From Hydrolagus colliei (Eukaryota): DNA of 64,000 bases. Of the stretch, positions 10,801 through 23,300 are shown one piece after another; position 1 is the first letter of the stretch, and each line of letters opens with the position of its first letter. The notes under the pieces were generated by a model. That model was given only the letters and a program-made list of their open reading frames with translations, was not told the origin of the DNA and ran no database searches. The stretch covers positions 14,942,001-15,006,000 of the forward strand of contig CM068749.1 in NCBI GenBank assembly GCA_035084275.1. Direction: 5' to 3'. Both the position numbers and the translations under genes were made by a program.

Positions 10801-13800
10801 AGTGCAGATCACGAACATGGATTATATCCATTGGCTAAAAGTATTCAATTGCTGGTATGGCAAATGGAAATATTTACATCCATGTGGTGGTGAGGTTTTT
10901 ATTTTGAACAGAAAGTGTAGTTAGTGTGGGTGCCAACAGTGAATTTACTTTGCAATCTTGCCAGCCTGTGGCATAAGCAACTTTTATATTTCCCAAAATA
11001 TTTGTATTGTGTAATTCGGATAGAACATAAAAATTTAACAATCATCTAGGAAGTTTTTAACATAACTTTTGATACTTTTGCAGATCATGCAAGCACAGTT
11101 TGCACAAGACAACAATCCAGATGCCCAAACTCTGCAAAAACTTGCAGATAGAACTGGATTAAGCAGACGTGTCATACAGGTAAAACAATTTAAAAGCTTA
11201 AATGATCAGTTAAACTTTATTTTGTAAAATGCTGGTATTGAGTTTTTGAGGCTTTAATAGAAATGTGTTAAAACTAAGAGTGACCTTCAAATGGAGTACT
11301 TGCCTCAAACGATTAGTAGTGCCAGTCTGGAAAAATAGCTTGATTTTTAAAAAAAAATTATCCCCCATCCTGGATGAAGAAAAACATTACACTATCACAG
11401 GTACCTTCCTGGTACTTCATCTTGAATACAAATGTTGCCATGTTTAAGCTATTGGGTTCAATGCTATTGTGACCTAGTGAGCATTTTATTACTGACTTAA
11501 ACTAATCTGAATACAGTATCCTAAATTTGACAGTCAATGGTGATTGCATTGCCCAAATTATTGGAAAGAAAGCTCTTATTATTGAAGTTTAAACTTGTGA
11601 AATGTACTAGTATTTGTAAAGGAAAGTTTGAGACAGGTCAAGCTGTAACACAATTATTTGTTGTGTGTGTGATTCTCTCAGCATTTCCATTTTGTAGCCC
11701 TATGACCTAATTTGAATCCCCAGATGACTTGAAACCTTTCCAATTGTATTGTTTTCGGGGCCCATTGCATTGACACAAATCTTTCGACATTTTCCAGTTA
11801 GCGGTTATGGCCAAAATGTCGATTTTGTTTATTCCAGGATTTCATGGTTTGGGAACCAAATATTTATATTTGTATGATTCCTTTCAACTACTTATTCACT
11901 GTGACATGATATTTATGTAAACTCAATACATTATTGATAGTAATTTGAAACTCATTTACTCCAATAGTGTTGCATCCTGTTTGGAAGATGCTGTTTTATT
12001 GATGCTTTATTTTTGGTTTTTACTTTGATCCACGTTTGTCTAATATTGTTCCTAATGAATCCAGTTCTGTTGACTGATTATAAAATATTACAATAAAGCT
12101 AATGAGAGGGTTTGTCTTGCATTAAGTTGGTCTTGGTTTGGGCCTGCTTCAAGTCCCCTGCCTCTCCTGGTCCACTGTGGGTGGGCCTTCAACCTCTCTG
12201 CCCCTACCCTCTGGAACGCCATCCCACAATCTCTCCCTAGCTCCCATCTTTGCCTCCTACAAAACCCATCTTAAGACCCTCCTCTTCGACCGTGCCTTTG
12301 GTCATCCTCCTATCCCTACCTTCCCTGCTCTCTACCCTCCGCGATTCCGACCTCCAGCTTGGATGCAGATTCCTGACTGTCCAGTGTCTTGTGACATCGT
12401 CCTGATGCACGAGGTGCTATACAAATGTAATTTACTGTTAGTTACTCAGAGTGCATTAATTTCTAAAATTATATACCATGAACAACAATTATACACAGTA
12501 TCAGTAGGCCACCAATCCTTCCATAACCTGATTTAGCAAGTCTGCACTTGTGTTGGCCATGTAACATACATACACACACTGATCAACTGATCAAGTGTCT
12601 TGACTAATACTTTCTTGGAAGGTAAGGGCTGATCAGATGACTCAAAGCATATTAAACTGACAGCAACATATTATCATCTGTTCAAACACGGGACCGCACT
12701 ATATTATTTATGATGCTGTGTTCCAATGTTTCCAATTTGAGTCTTGTCAATCAGTGTAAATACAGTACTTAATTTGTAAAACGATTTGAGCAAACAAGTT
12801 CTTTATTTTGAACTTCTAATCTTTGTCATATCATAGAGGCAATCTCCTTCCCACAAACTGGAGAGTTGTTACCAGTTTGTTTTGCACATGTCTCTCAATG
12901 CTGACTTAAATACTGAGTCCTTTTTTTAAATATAAAAAAACGCATCTTTGCATCCAATTGGTCATTGAAGGTTATAGCCCACAGAAATGTTATGTAGAAT
13001 ATTTGTTTTGCTTCAGGTTAGTAACATTTTACAGAATAAAATTTCAAGCCTGTGTACTTAATGTACAATATTCAATCAACCTCTTTCCACCCCTGCCCTC
13101 CACACTCCCCAATCCCTATCCCAGCTGGATCCAAAATACTGTCTGTCTAGTACTTTGGGACATCCTCTCAATGTGAAAGGCACTATGCAAATGTAATTTT
13201 CTTGTTGAGTTTGTAGGAAGGTGTGTTCGGGTGATAATTTTCAAGGTAGCTAATATTTGAGTTAGCTTGTTTGTAGTATTATATGTAGTATTAGCTGTGA
13301 GAACTGCTTAATGCATTTGAATAGTATTTTTCCTTACTATTCAGGTTTCCTCTATGATTTCATGCATAATTCAAGCTTATTTAAATTCATAATGTATCAT
13401 TTTAATTGTTAATGGAGTTCTTGAATGGCTGAGTTATCCACTGAACCTTGTGGACTCTGAACATTTTTAGCATTCAGTATGTTGATTTCAGTTGAGGAGA
13501 GTGAACAGTGCCCAAATAATGTACCTCTTAGATCCTGGGGTATGGAGTGGAAAAAACAATTAGGAATACCATTTCCCACCCAATACAGTTGAAAATGTTG
13601 AGGACAAGCTCCTGTCCACCCTACATCCGTGACCTTCTAACCCCTTACCAACCTGCCCGCCCTCTCCACTCACTAATTCCCTAGGCATCACCCTCTCTCT
13701 GGCCTCCTTCAAGTCCCGCTTCAAGACTCTCCTCTTCAATGGTTCCATCGACAACTCCTAATCCCTCCCGTCCCCTTCCTTCCTGTCCCCGTCCCCAGCT

Positions 13801-15957
13801 CAGGTCTGACATAGTGACTGTCCAGCTCCTTGGGATGTCCTCCTAGGACGTAAAAGGCGCTATACAAGTGTCATTTTGTTGTTTCTCCCCGCACCATCCC
13901 CCCTTTTCACTTGGTGTCCAACCATCTCTTTGTTCAGTGGCTATCCTGTGAGTAGGGCATTATAAAAGTATTAAAACAGTTGTTTTCAGAGTCTACTGAG
14001 CTGCTTTTATGATCATTTACTGTCTTTAGCATTGGGAAGTTTGCCTGATGGAGGTCAACCCTTGAATTTCACCTCACATGAGTCAGTACTTTCAGGAAAG
14101 GAGATTGAGAGGCAAATGTAATGTTTGAATATAAGTTGTCACTGATTTTTCAGCTTGAACTCTTAACATTCTTGCTAAGACTCTTCAGATTTTGATTTTT
14201 GCTTTCTGTATCTCAAAAATTCAGTGTGATAGCAGAATGCTGCAAATTTTACCTTTTAATTTTATTGCACTAAATAGTAAATGTATTGATAAAACTGCAT
14301 TGGAGTACAGCTTTGCATGGATTAAATTCGCAAAATGCTTACAGGTTTGGTTTCAGAACTGTAGAGCACGTCATAAGAAACATGTCAGTCCCAACCATTC
14401 ATCTACTACTATGACTGTGCAGCAGGCTCGACTCTCCCCACCCATGCTAGAGGAAATGACCTATTCAGCATATGTAGCACCAGATGGACCAATGTTGACT
14501 GCCTTACACACGTACATGGAATGTAAGTTCATAAAGTCTGTATGTAAGGGACTTGGGACTGTTTTCTTAGAAATTTCTTTGTACAAGTGGAATATGTTTT
14601 CTTGTTGGAAGCTTTTCAGGGAAATGTCAAAGTATATTACTTAACCTGGACTTCTATTTACATGATCAAAGTTACAAATATGTAGTAATGGAATAGTTTA
14701 CTATGTTCGCATCAATTTGTAGCAATAAATGTCCAAAATTCTTTTAAGGTGGGTGAAGTTTTTCCATGCCCCCAAAGTTCCCTAATTATAACCATAGTAC
14801 ACCAATGATTTCCTCCCACCTACCAACCTTCTGGCTTCTTTGGAGACAATTAATTCAATATTGAATTCTGGACACTGGATATGTATCAATTTAAAGCTGA
14901 GTTGCAATTGTCCCAACTTAACTTAGCCAGAAGTGATTCTATTTTGAATATGAAGCTGGGTATTGAAAGTCCAAACCACACCAATGTGCATTCCTCCCGA
15001 AACGTGCTCTCATGTCAATGCAGTTAGAGATGGAAACCAATGCAGAATTGAAACCCTTTAAGTGAAAGGAGTAAACCCAGAAATAGACATTGTATTACTG
15101 CTAGATTAGGGATATTCCAATCTTCTAGGATGAGTGGCTTTTTGTTAGCTTATGCAGTCAGATTGAAGATGACTCGTGCAATAGCAAAGATATTGACATT
15201 TGAGTACTTGTGGACATAAACATTTGAAATACAAAACTCTTCAATTCTGCTGTTCTTAACTTTTACTTCTATATTGAAAATAATTCGATAAATTTTCCTA
15301 CCTTGCCTTTTTAATATATCAATTAAAAGTTTTTCACCTTTCCTGAAAGTGTTGGGCACTATCTCCTTATACTGGAAAATGGTTCTCCAGGTGCTCTCCT
15401 GAACCTTGATCAAAAGGCAAGTCACGTTTGAGACATAGTAGTGAATGCCTGTACAGGATTTCACTTGAGTCCAAATATTGCCTTTATCGAATATTCACAT
15501 GTACGGATCAGTGAACTGCATTCTGGAAATTCAGTTTTGATTTTCTCTCCTCCCTAACCAGGGCACTGAAGCTAATTGTGTGCCCCCTAATGCCACACTG
15601 GCTGAGATCAGCTCACTCAGCACAGACTGGAACTCTATTTGCCTAAATGATGTGACTCGTGCTGAGCCATTGTGGAGACGAATACACTTTGAAAGTTGGA
15701 GCAACTTTGGAAAAAGTACTTGCCTTAAATCTGTATTGGTATAAAATAACTCTAATTGAACTGAACTATAACTTTTAAAATAAGTAATTGAATTGTACTA
15801 TGATTTACAATATGCAATCTAGGAATTTGGTTATTTTGTGAATAGTTATCTAATCTCTACCTTCCTTGTCCTGTTAACAGCTCATTCACCAACATCCCTG
15901 GCACTCCAACCAATTGTATCTCGTGCAATGACACAACTTCCCATTGGCCATGCTTGA
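4752..15957 (+). CDS. LHX8: LIM/homeobox protein Lhx8, spliced gene span (371 aa with the 6513-6596 exon, 343 aa without)
   Basis: Exons join in frame at GT-AG sites. They encode an MYWKS N-terminus, two LIM domains, the homeodomain [13 protein letters not shown]...[12 protein letters not shown] and the C-terminus MTQLPIGHA*. The gene is convergent with SLC44A5, as in human. Confidence 0.97.
6513..6596 (+). CDS. LHX8: LHX8 putative exon 2 ([28 protein letters not shown]), non-canonical acceptor
   Basis: 84 nt, phase 0-0, similar to mammalian C.GLMSEECG...RTRK. Donor TCG|gtacaa, but the acceptor position reads ttttactaa| rather than ..ag|. Confidence 0.55.
6700..6746. repeat. (CT)n-(GT)n compound microsatellite abutting the LHX8 exon 3 acceptor
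   Basis: tctctctc...gtgtgtgt directly upstream of ctcag|. Confidence 0.85.
6749..6901 (+). CDS. LHX8: LHX8 exon 3 (INPEK...SMASS...[17 protein letters not shown]), start of LIM1
   Basis: ctcag|ATT...AAG|gtgaga; 153 nt. Confidence 0.95.
8141..8262 (+). CDS. LHX8: LHX8 exon 4 ([40 protein letters not shown]), LIM1
   Basis: gtag|GTA...TTCAG|gtaatg; 122 nt; Zn-ligand C/H pattern. Confidence 0.97.
8745..8828. repeat. Minisatellite, 3 x 28 bp (CCGGTTAAATCGGTCCRTTCAAACCTCT)
   Basis: Three head-to-tail copies with one substitution, in the LHX8 intron between exons 4 and 5. Confidence 0.95.
9492..9712 (+). CDS. LHX8: LHX8 exon 5 ([32 protein letters not shown]...ENLKRAAEN), LIM2
   Basis: acag|G...AACG|gtaata; 221 nt; matches ORF 9379..9732. 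Confidence 0.98.
10477..10580 (+). CDS. LHX8: LHX8 exon 6 ([35 protein letters not shown])
   Basis: acag|GG...CAG|gtaaaa; 104 nt; start of the homeodomain. Confidence 0.97.
11084..11179 (+). CDS. LHX8: LHX8 exon 7 ([32 protein letters not shown])
   Basis: gcag|ATC...CAG|gtaaaa; 96 nt; homeodomain. Confidence 0.98.
12141..12445 (+). mobile_element. L2-type LINE 3' end fragment
   Basis: C-rich RT C-terminal remnant (..[14 protein letters not shown]..) followed by the tail ...gaggtgctatacaaatgtaatttactgtt. Confidence 0.7.
13610..13885 (+). mobile_element. L2-type LINE 3' end fragment
   Basis: ttcaagtcccgcttcaagactctcctcttc...gtaaaaggcgctatacaagtgtcattttgttgtt; homologous to 12141-12445. Confidence 0.7.
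14345..14522 (+). CDS. LHX8: LHX8 exon 8 ([20 protein letters not shown]...LTALHTYME)
   Basis: acag|GTT...GAAT|gtaagt; 178 nt; helix 3 WFQN motif. Confidence 0.98.
15490..15680 (-). mobile_element. Ancient SINE relic (AmnSINE2-like)
   Basis: gggcactgaagctaattgtg...gctgagatcagctcactcagcacagac resembles the reverse complement of the recalled AmnSINE2 5' region; related to 42840-43090. Confidence 0.5.
15881..15957 (+). CDS. LHX8: LHX8 last coding exon ([25 protein letters not shown])
   Basis: aacag|CT...GCT TGA; typical Lhx8 C-terminus. Confidence 0.95.
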
Positions 15958-16365
15958 TTTTTTTTTCCACATCAGCAATTAGTTTTGTTGTATTCAGGTT
16001 GAAGATGAATGCAAAGTGCATTAATCTACTGCATTTAGTTTACTATTAATGTGCAGTACAGTTGCTGCAGATAAACTTTTATTTCCCTCTAATTTTCTTA
16101 TTTATTGGCATCAGCAGAGCACTTTGATCTATACATTCTTTGGTTGCAATGTGCAAAATGTTTACAGTCTCTGTAGTATAAATGTTACATTAATTTTGAT
16201 ATTTGTAAGTTATTTTCAATTATGTGTTATTCTAAACCTTGAATATGTTTGTTGCAAACCATATCCTAGTGTTATAGTTAATGGTTCTTTCAGGAATTGT
16301 TACATTTGTGAAGTCCTATTAACAAGTTCAGTATTTTGTCATTGTTTGCATTCTGAACTCCGCAA

Positions 16366-16371
16366 AATAAA
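16366..16371 (+). terminator. Probable LHX8 polyadenylation signal AATAAA
   Basis: First AATAAA seen after the stop codon (~410 nt downstream), followed by GT/T-rich sequence near 16397-16425. Confidence 0.65.
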
Positions 16372-17664
16372 TGTTTGCTACTGAAGTTTATAGAATTGGG
16401 TTTTTATTATTATTAGAATTGGTTTGTTAAGCCCATGGATTCCATCATGAAAGAGTGACGATATTTAGTTTTTTTAAAACAAAGAAGATTCTGTTGATCT
16501 ATCTGCTGGATTTGCGATCCATCTGGTTGAGCTTTCAGTCTACCTGCCCCACACTCTGGAACTCCAGTACAAAATCCCTCATCTCAATCATGTTCTGGCC
16601 AAAGGCATACCTGTTTCACCCTCCTTCAACCATCTTCCATCTCCCTTTCTTCCCCCACCCAAACACACACAGACACATTCCACCTTTCCTGAATCCAACC
16701 TGCAGTTTGGGTGTAAACCCTTGATTGCCCCAGGTCCAGCACCTCGAGACATCATCCCAACACGAACGGCACTATATACAGTAAATGCAATTTGTAGTAT
16801 CCACTCCACTCGATGTTTCAAGCCTAAAGATACAGAGAAATACAGAATATTTCCCTTTGCAGAGGAAATAATGTGGCATTTGTGAATGCTTGGCATATAA
16901 GAAGCGACACTGGAAGCCACCTGACATTTTTTAAGGTCCATTTTAATGCAGCCGCTAAGATGTTGGACCCAGACAACTGTTAACTCAACATTCCTGCATA
17001 ACTAGTGTTTTTAATATGATTAGTTTAGTGTTAATATGGCTGAAGTTGCTGGAAAAAAAAAATTGAATTTTTATCTCAAAGGGCCTCATTAAAATATGAT
17101 CCCACATTTTCACATCAAACACATTTTGTGCGAATGAAACATTCATTGAGGAATGATGAAATGATAATTTCCATTGATGAGGATGCCTTAATAAATCTTA
17201 TTTGAGTGTCATAGAATATCCTCTGTATTTCAGATTTAAGTTGAATTGTTGGTGAAACCAAATTGTAATTCTCAAGAATTGTCCCTTGTAAAAATGGAAT
17301 GATCTTAGATTGCCACACATTGTTTACAAAATTATTCTATTGGAATAATTCATAATAATAATTTGCTATTTTGAAGATTGTTTTGTCCATTTTGATATCT
17401 TTCCAGAATACTCACCATCTTCCTGTTCTTTAAATGGTTTCATTGTACAGGCTAAAGGTGTCCTTTCCAGTTACCCATTCATGAGATGAAATGGGTTGTA
17501 TAAAACATTTTCTGGTGTCCTAGAATTACATTTAAAAACTCTTGTTTTTGTGCATCTGAAAATATCTCCTAATACCTATTTTAGGTATTGTGTACACATG
17601 TAAATTCCACTCTTAAATATTCCTAGCAGAAGAGCCCTAGATTATCTAAATAACATCCCTCAAC

Positions 17665-17820
17665 ATTGCACAGAGGACTGTTTGTGTGCTGTGCGCAATT
17701 AGCTGCCACGTTTTGCCCACAAATATCGTCAATTCACTTTACAATATACTCTGTGAAGCGCTTTGAGACATCTAGAAGACATGAAAAGTGTTATATCGAA
17801 TGCAAGATTATTATAGAAGT
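17665..17820 (+). mobile_element. 3' fragment of the tRNA-derived SINE family
   Basis: gctgtgcgcaattagctgcc...gtgaagcgctttgagacatctagaagacatgaaaag; near-identical to 20840-20972. Confidence 0.8.
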
Positions 17821-18407
17821 CTACTTTGTCAATTGCACTACTACTTCTACTTAGATGACATCCCTGTACACTGCAGTAGCATAATGGGGATCATCTAAGC
17901 TGAAGAGGCAACGCAGTAGACAAAGTACGATTTATAAGTTAAGACCTGGAACTGACAGCTTCAGCAAGAGATTCTTTTAATACATGTTTGTGATGGAACA
18001 TTTTTGTGATCTTGGAAGAAAGGGCTAACCACCAATTCCCAAACTACTTCATATGTCGGCAAAATTGATTTCCTGTCTTATTTCTATTATTTGATGAAAG
18101 CATGATGTGCAGATAAATTACGTGTGGTATCTATATCATGGTGGCTCTCCATTGGGTTTAGCTTAAACACTCAATGAATAATACTCAACAAGTTGTCACC
18201 ATGTCTTTAATATTGTCTGTTATTGCTAAATTCTGCCATAAATGTGGAATAATTAGCCATTTCTGATATAGTAATAGACTTATGATGACCAAGGAATGAT
18301 TCTAATAGTTTTAATATCAACAGGTTTGTGTCTGGAGGATTGAATTATCCATACTATAATAATTAATTGAACACAATGAGGTGATCGCATTATTCATTAC
18401 CTAAAAC

Positions 18408-18413
18408 TTTATT
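18408..18413 (-). terminator. Candidate SLC44A5 distal polyadenylation signal (AATAAA on -)
   Basis: TTTATT on +, ~1.8 kb past the distal stop. Several other candidate hexamers exist at 19030-19410. Confidence 0.35.
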
Positions 18414-20243
18414 AAATGTAATATTTCAATGTCATATTAATGTTGAATAAAACCCAGTACCAAGAGACATTGTCATTGCAAAGCATTGAGGGACAATACA
18501 TTGCCTGAAATACCAAACATTTAAAAGTTAATTACCAAAAAATTATGGCACTCAGTCAGATTTCTGCACAGCAGAAGCACAGAATAGACATAGCTTCACT
18601 TTTCATGCAAATTACCTTTTGGTGTAATGATAGAAATAATGTCATGTTAATAAATACATAAAATATTTGTAAAATAACACTTCATAAATGAGACATGCAA
18701 ACATGAATTTGATTTATATGTATTTAAATCCAGGTCTAGCTGGTACATAATTGTTCATTCAGTGAATTTTAAATTTATGTTCAGTATTAACCCTTGGCTC
18801 CCAATAATACAACAGCATTTAAAAAATAGCTATATAAACAATATCTTGCATGTCTGTTTTAGAAAAGACTGAAATAAAACTTAATCCATGTTTCCTTGCA
18901 GTATTAAATAAATACCAAGATAACCCCATTCAGTATTTTACTAGGTACAGTTGCTGCAAAGAAAGACACCTTGAACTGATGGATCAGTCCTGATCACTGT
19001 ATGTCATATTATCTTTTACTCTGAGAATAATTTTATTAACGTATGGGTAGTTGTGAAAATGGTACATTTAACATATACAGGCTATTATGTGTAATAAGCA
19101 GCAATTTCTGCTTAATAAATTTATTCCCAATGCAACTTACTTTTCATGTTTATTTCTAAGTTCCTGGTTAAGAGCAAGCTTCTTTTCCTATCGAGCTTTC
19201 ATTTTTCATTCTCATTTTGGTCAATGGTCGGGGGAGAGAAAGAGTAGAATATTTTTGTCCAGGATATTTTGGGTAGAAATGTTTTTCAGTAATGTTTATG
19301 GTTATTATTAAGAAATTTTCTGTAACTGTCACTGAATTAAATGTTATGTTGAATATTATTATTTATACACCTAACTTAAAGCATTGTGCACTGTCAGTGA
19401 AGTGTTTATTAACCATGAAAATGTGACCATCTGAGAATATAGATTCAAGAATTAACTTGCTCTTAACAGGAATTTAGAAAAATTTGTGTTATTCTGAAAC
19501 ACGTTTTTGAAGCGCTTTGACACTCTACCTGGCGTGTAGGGCACTATGTAAGTGCGAGTTATTGTTTTATCTCAAGTCATCTCAAAGTTTTTCTACCCAT
19601 AGGGAATCATTTCAAAAATGCCTTAGCTACTTTTAGCACAAAGTTGAGTCATTTTCAGTCTTGGACACTCTGTCAGTCACTAGTAATACGGCATCCCATC
19701 ATTCTAGACTCGTGACCAACACTGAAGGGAAGGCACTTGAACTGATTATCATCTAGAAATAATATTTTGAAATATCAAATTGGTATTAACATATTGGACA
19801 AATGGCCAAAATCAAATCAGCAATGGTATATATGTTTTATAAAGGAATAGCTCTGCTTTGGGTGACCTTTTGATGCCAATGCAAGTATTTAAATATTGCA
19901 GGCATTATTTCTAATAGTAATTATTTTCAATGGTATTTTCTGTTTTTTGCTAGCTGGAATGTTGTTCAATTTGCTGCCTTTGGGATTGATCACTAGTTTA
20001 TTGAAAGCTTAAAATAGAGTACTTTTCTAGTGACCAATCTATAATGCAATACTAAGTGCATATTTCCATATTCACAGGTCTCCCTGTTTATCACTATGCT
20101 CCCAAATTCTCCAACCATGTCTATTTTTACAAAGCATGGTCACCAAATATTGTTCAGATTCGCTTGACCTTTTAAATTACAATATGGACAACCTAGTATT
20201 TATGCAAACAAGTTGAGGAATGACGTAGTTTTCACCATATTCT

Positions 20244-20347
20244 TCATTCCTCCTTGACTTTATTCTTCTTGTTCAGAATCTTCCTCAATGACTTACTCAT
20301 GAAATAGGGCTTCTCTGGTGAGCCATCATTTCTCTCTAAATCTTCCA
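20244..20347 (-). CDS. SLC44A5: SLC44A5 distal alternative last exon ([34 protein letters not shown])
   Basis: tcatag|TG GAA GAT...GAA TGA; same phase; paralogous to 23888-24000. Confidence 0.92.
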
Positions 20348-23300
20348 CTATGAAGAGGAATTGCAAATGATTATAGGGATCAAAAGCAAGTTAAATAGCT
20401 GGGTCAAGTATTTTAATTTGATGATCAGTGACTTGTTAAATCAGCTTGGCTCTATTTTTCATGGCACATTCTGATATTCCGAGCATCATTGAGTATGAAA
20501 CTTATTATTGGTAATCATACAGCAATTATTATAGATATGTTGGAGGATAATTGACTCATATTTAATTATCGATCCAACAAAATCAATATAATTCATTCGA
20601 TTGTTGATTCTGTTTGGGACAAAAAATACTTTTATTAAAAACCTTGTCTTTTTGTACCTGGAAACTAGATGTTCTGATTTCTGGAGTAGTTTGAGCGCTC
20701 GCCTTGCAAGCGAGAGACCTGGGTTTAAATCCAGGCGGGGCGAAACCTTGGGCAAGTTTCCTTATTCCACATGCCCAACAATAATCCCTCAAAAACAAAA
20801 ACCATTTGTCACTTCAATCCACAACTGTTTGTGGGACACTGCTGTGTGCAATTGGCTGCCGCGTTTCACTCACAAATATAGTCAATTCACTTTACAGTAT
20901 ATTCTGTGAAGTGCTTTGAGACATCTAGAAGACGTGAAAAGCATGTTATCAAATGCAATGATTATTATTATTCTATTTTAAGATCTAATTCCACAAACAA
21001 AGATACAGGCACTAACTTAATTTCCAATTTGCATGTTAAATGCTGACAATTGTTTTTATATTGAAACCAATGTACTGTATATCTCCTTCTGATTTTAATT
21101 CACTGAAGCAAACAATCCAAGTTGAATAAAATGGAAAATACTAATTAATGTCCATATAAAATGTGCTGATGAAAATTTGCTTCTCAAATGCCACCCTGTG
21201 TGAAATAAACAAGGAGCAAAACAGAGATGTCATAAGGACATAAAAAATGATGTTCCGTCCTGGTGTGTAATATTGGAATGCATTTCAGCCCAGCTTCCAA
21301 TTGTATGTATAAATATTGTCTATTATCTTGTATGCTATCAATCATTTAATTGTTATGATGAAGATTAGGGTTTGATTTTTGGTGTTCTCAGTTTCTCACA
21401 TCCCACCTTGTGGATATTATGTTCATATCCCGTTAAGTATATATAAATTTAATTGACTTAAAATAAATTCGTACAACAATTTCTTCTCACCAAACCATCA
21501 GGTCATATCTTATAATACTTGAATGAATTAAATATTTTAAAAGAAAATCTTTTCAGATGTTATTTCACATTAAGTACTCAGAATCAAGCTTGTTTCTGTT
21601 TATATCCCCCCCAAAATGCATGACAGCTAAATGTTCTCTCATCCCTCTAAGATCCTGGACACAACTTGAGATCAGCACATCCCTGCAGGGAAGGAGAGCA
21701 TAAGACAAATAAATGCACTCACATGCCCAAAGAGCTAAATGGCTTAGCTGCTCAAAATCTCTAATACGTGACTCCTGCTGTCCCACTCAGAGCAGAATTG
21801 AAAGACTGGATGAGCTTTTTTAGGTTTGTAATCCCCAAAAGTCAGAAGAGACAAATTACGGCGTAAATGTGAAATACAACCTAAAGAGGAAGACCGTCTC
21901 TGACTATAGGATACTACAGTACTGCCTCTGCTTCTATCTTCACTAACTCACAAAAGAAGTTTAGATGAAGAATGCTATTTGGTCCATTTGATCCTTCCAG
22001 AATAGCAGACCAACCATTGTGCTGTCGTGTGCTGTTTATTTCATGAATAATCATTATAAAGATTCTCTACTTTGTGAAAATTCATGACTATCTTTATTCT
22101 AATGCACATACAGTGATTATATATTCTCACTGAGGTTTGACATACAGTACTGTGCTTTGCTGATGCCTTGCATCAGAAAATGTTGATCCCTTTTGTGGTC
22201 TGTGACAACCTGAAATATTCACCACTTATTAACTAAAGTAGTGCAAAGAATTTTCAAACTTGTGTAGAAAACTATTTTTGACATCCTGCATATAACAGTA
22301 TTCATTTGTTTTTAAATGCATTAGTTGTTGAACAATATTAGCTGATTTGCACTGATGAGATGGGTCTACATTCAGAGCCTCTGGAGCATTATCTACATTG
22401 GGTTAATAAATTCAAATGTGTTTTGATTTTTCTAAAAAAATCAGAATTGGGTTGCGCAAAATTCTCTTGTACATTATTTCTTGATCTTGGTTGCACCCTA
22501 CGAAAGATGAATGAAAGATGATCTGAATTGGATATATCTAATGTCTTTCAGTTTTGAAGTAGCTGCTTTGGCTCCTTTCAGTGTTAATGTTATCTTGAAA
22601 ATCCACACATGACTTAATTGGCCTGCACCAAATAAATCTTGTTTAATATAATTCAAATGAACTAAAATACAGCATGCAGGTCTTAAAGATATATCAACAA
22701 ACCACGGTACCACAATGCCCATTTTATCTAGAATATCTGTAAAATAAGTCAAATATGCAGCACCATAATTACAGCATTAGTATGGTAACCTTTTGTACAA
22801 ACGCCATAGTAAGGAATAACAAAGCTAACTTTTAATTCCTTTGATATTTTTTCTAACATTTATAAAAAGTATCAATGCTAATTAGTAAAAATGCACAAGA
22901 ATAGCCCTGTATTTTTGTGGAAAATAATATACAATAATGTGCATTGTATGAAATCTTCAAATTAACTTACACTACGTTCCTATTAAAGGAACTAATTTCA
23001 ACAATTAATAACAAAGGTTTGCTTAGTACCACTGATGAAATAAATTGGGTAAATGACGTGTTGATAACAAATGGCTTTAGTTTACATTCTGCAGGAATTT
23101 TAATGGCATACTTTACTACCCGAAGCACAATGCAATGTATCTGGACTTAACATCGTGCAGACTACAATGTGGGTAGTACAATCCTTGCTTTACTCTAGGC
23201 ACCTGAACCGTAAAATTCTACTTCGGAGATTGGTGTTTGTTTTGGTGTTTATTGCATATTAGTCTTGTATCAGTATTTGAACTTACTGCCACAATAGAGG

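Noticed and set aside
4752-15957. Calling the gene LHX6
   Set aside because: The MYWKS start, [18 protein letters not shown], the HVSPNHSS...MTQLPI.H C-terminus and SLC44A5 synteny all indicate LHX8.
20681-20750. tRNA-like sequence with a TGC anticodon loop (CAC in the copy at 40960-41032)
   Set aside because: The acceptor stem and D-arm are degenerate, the anticodon differs between copies, and the sequence continues into a SINE body. It is a SINE head, not a tRNA gene.
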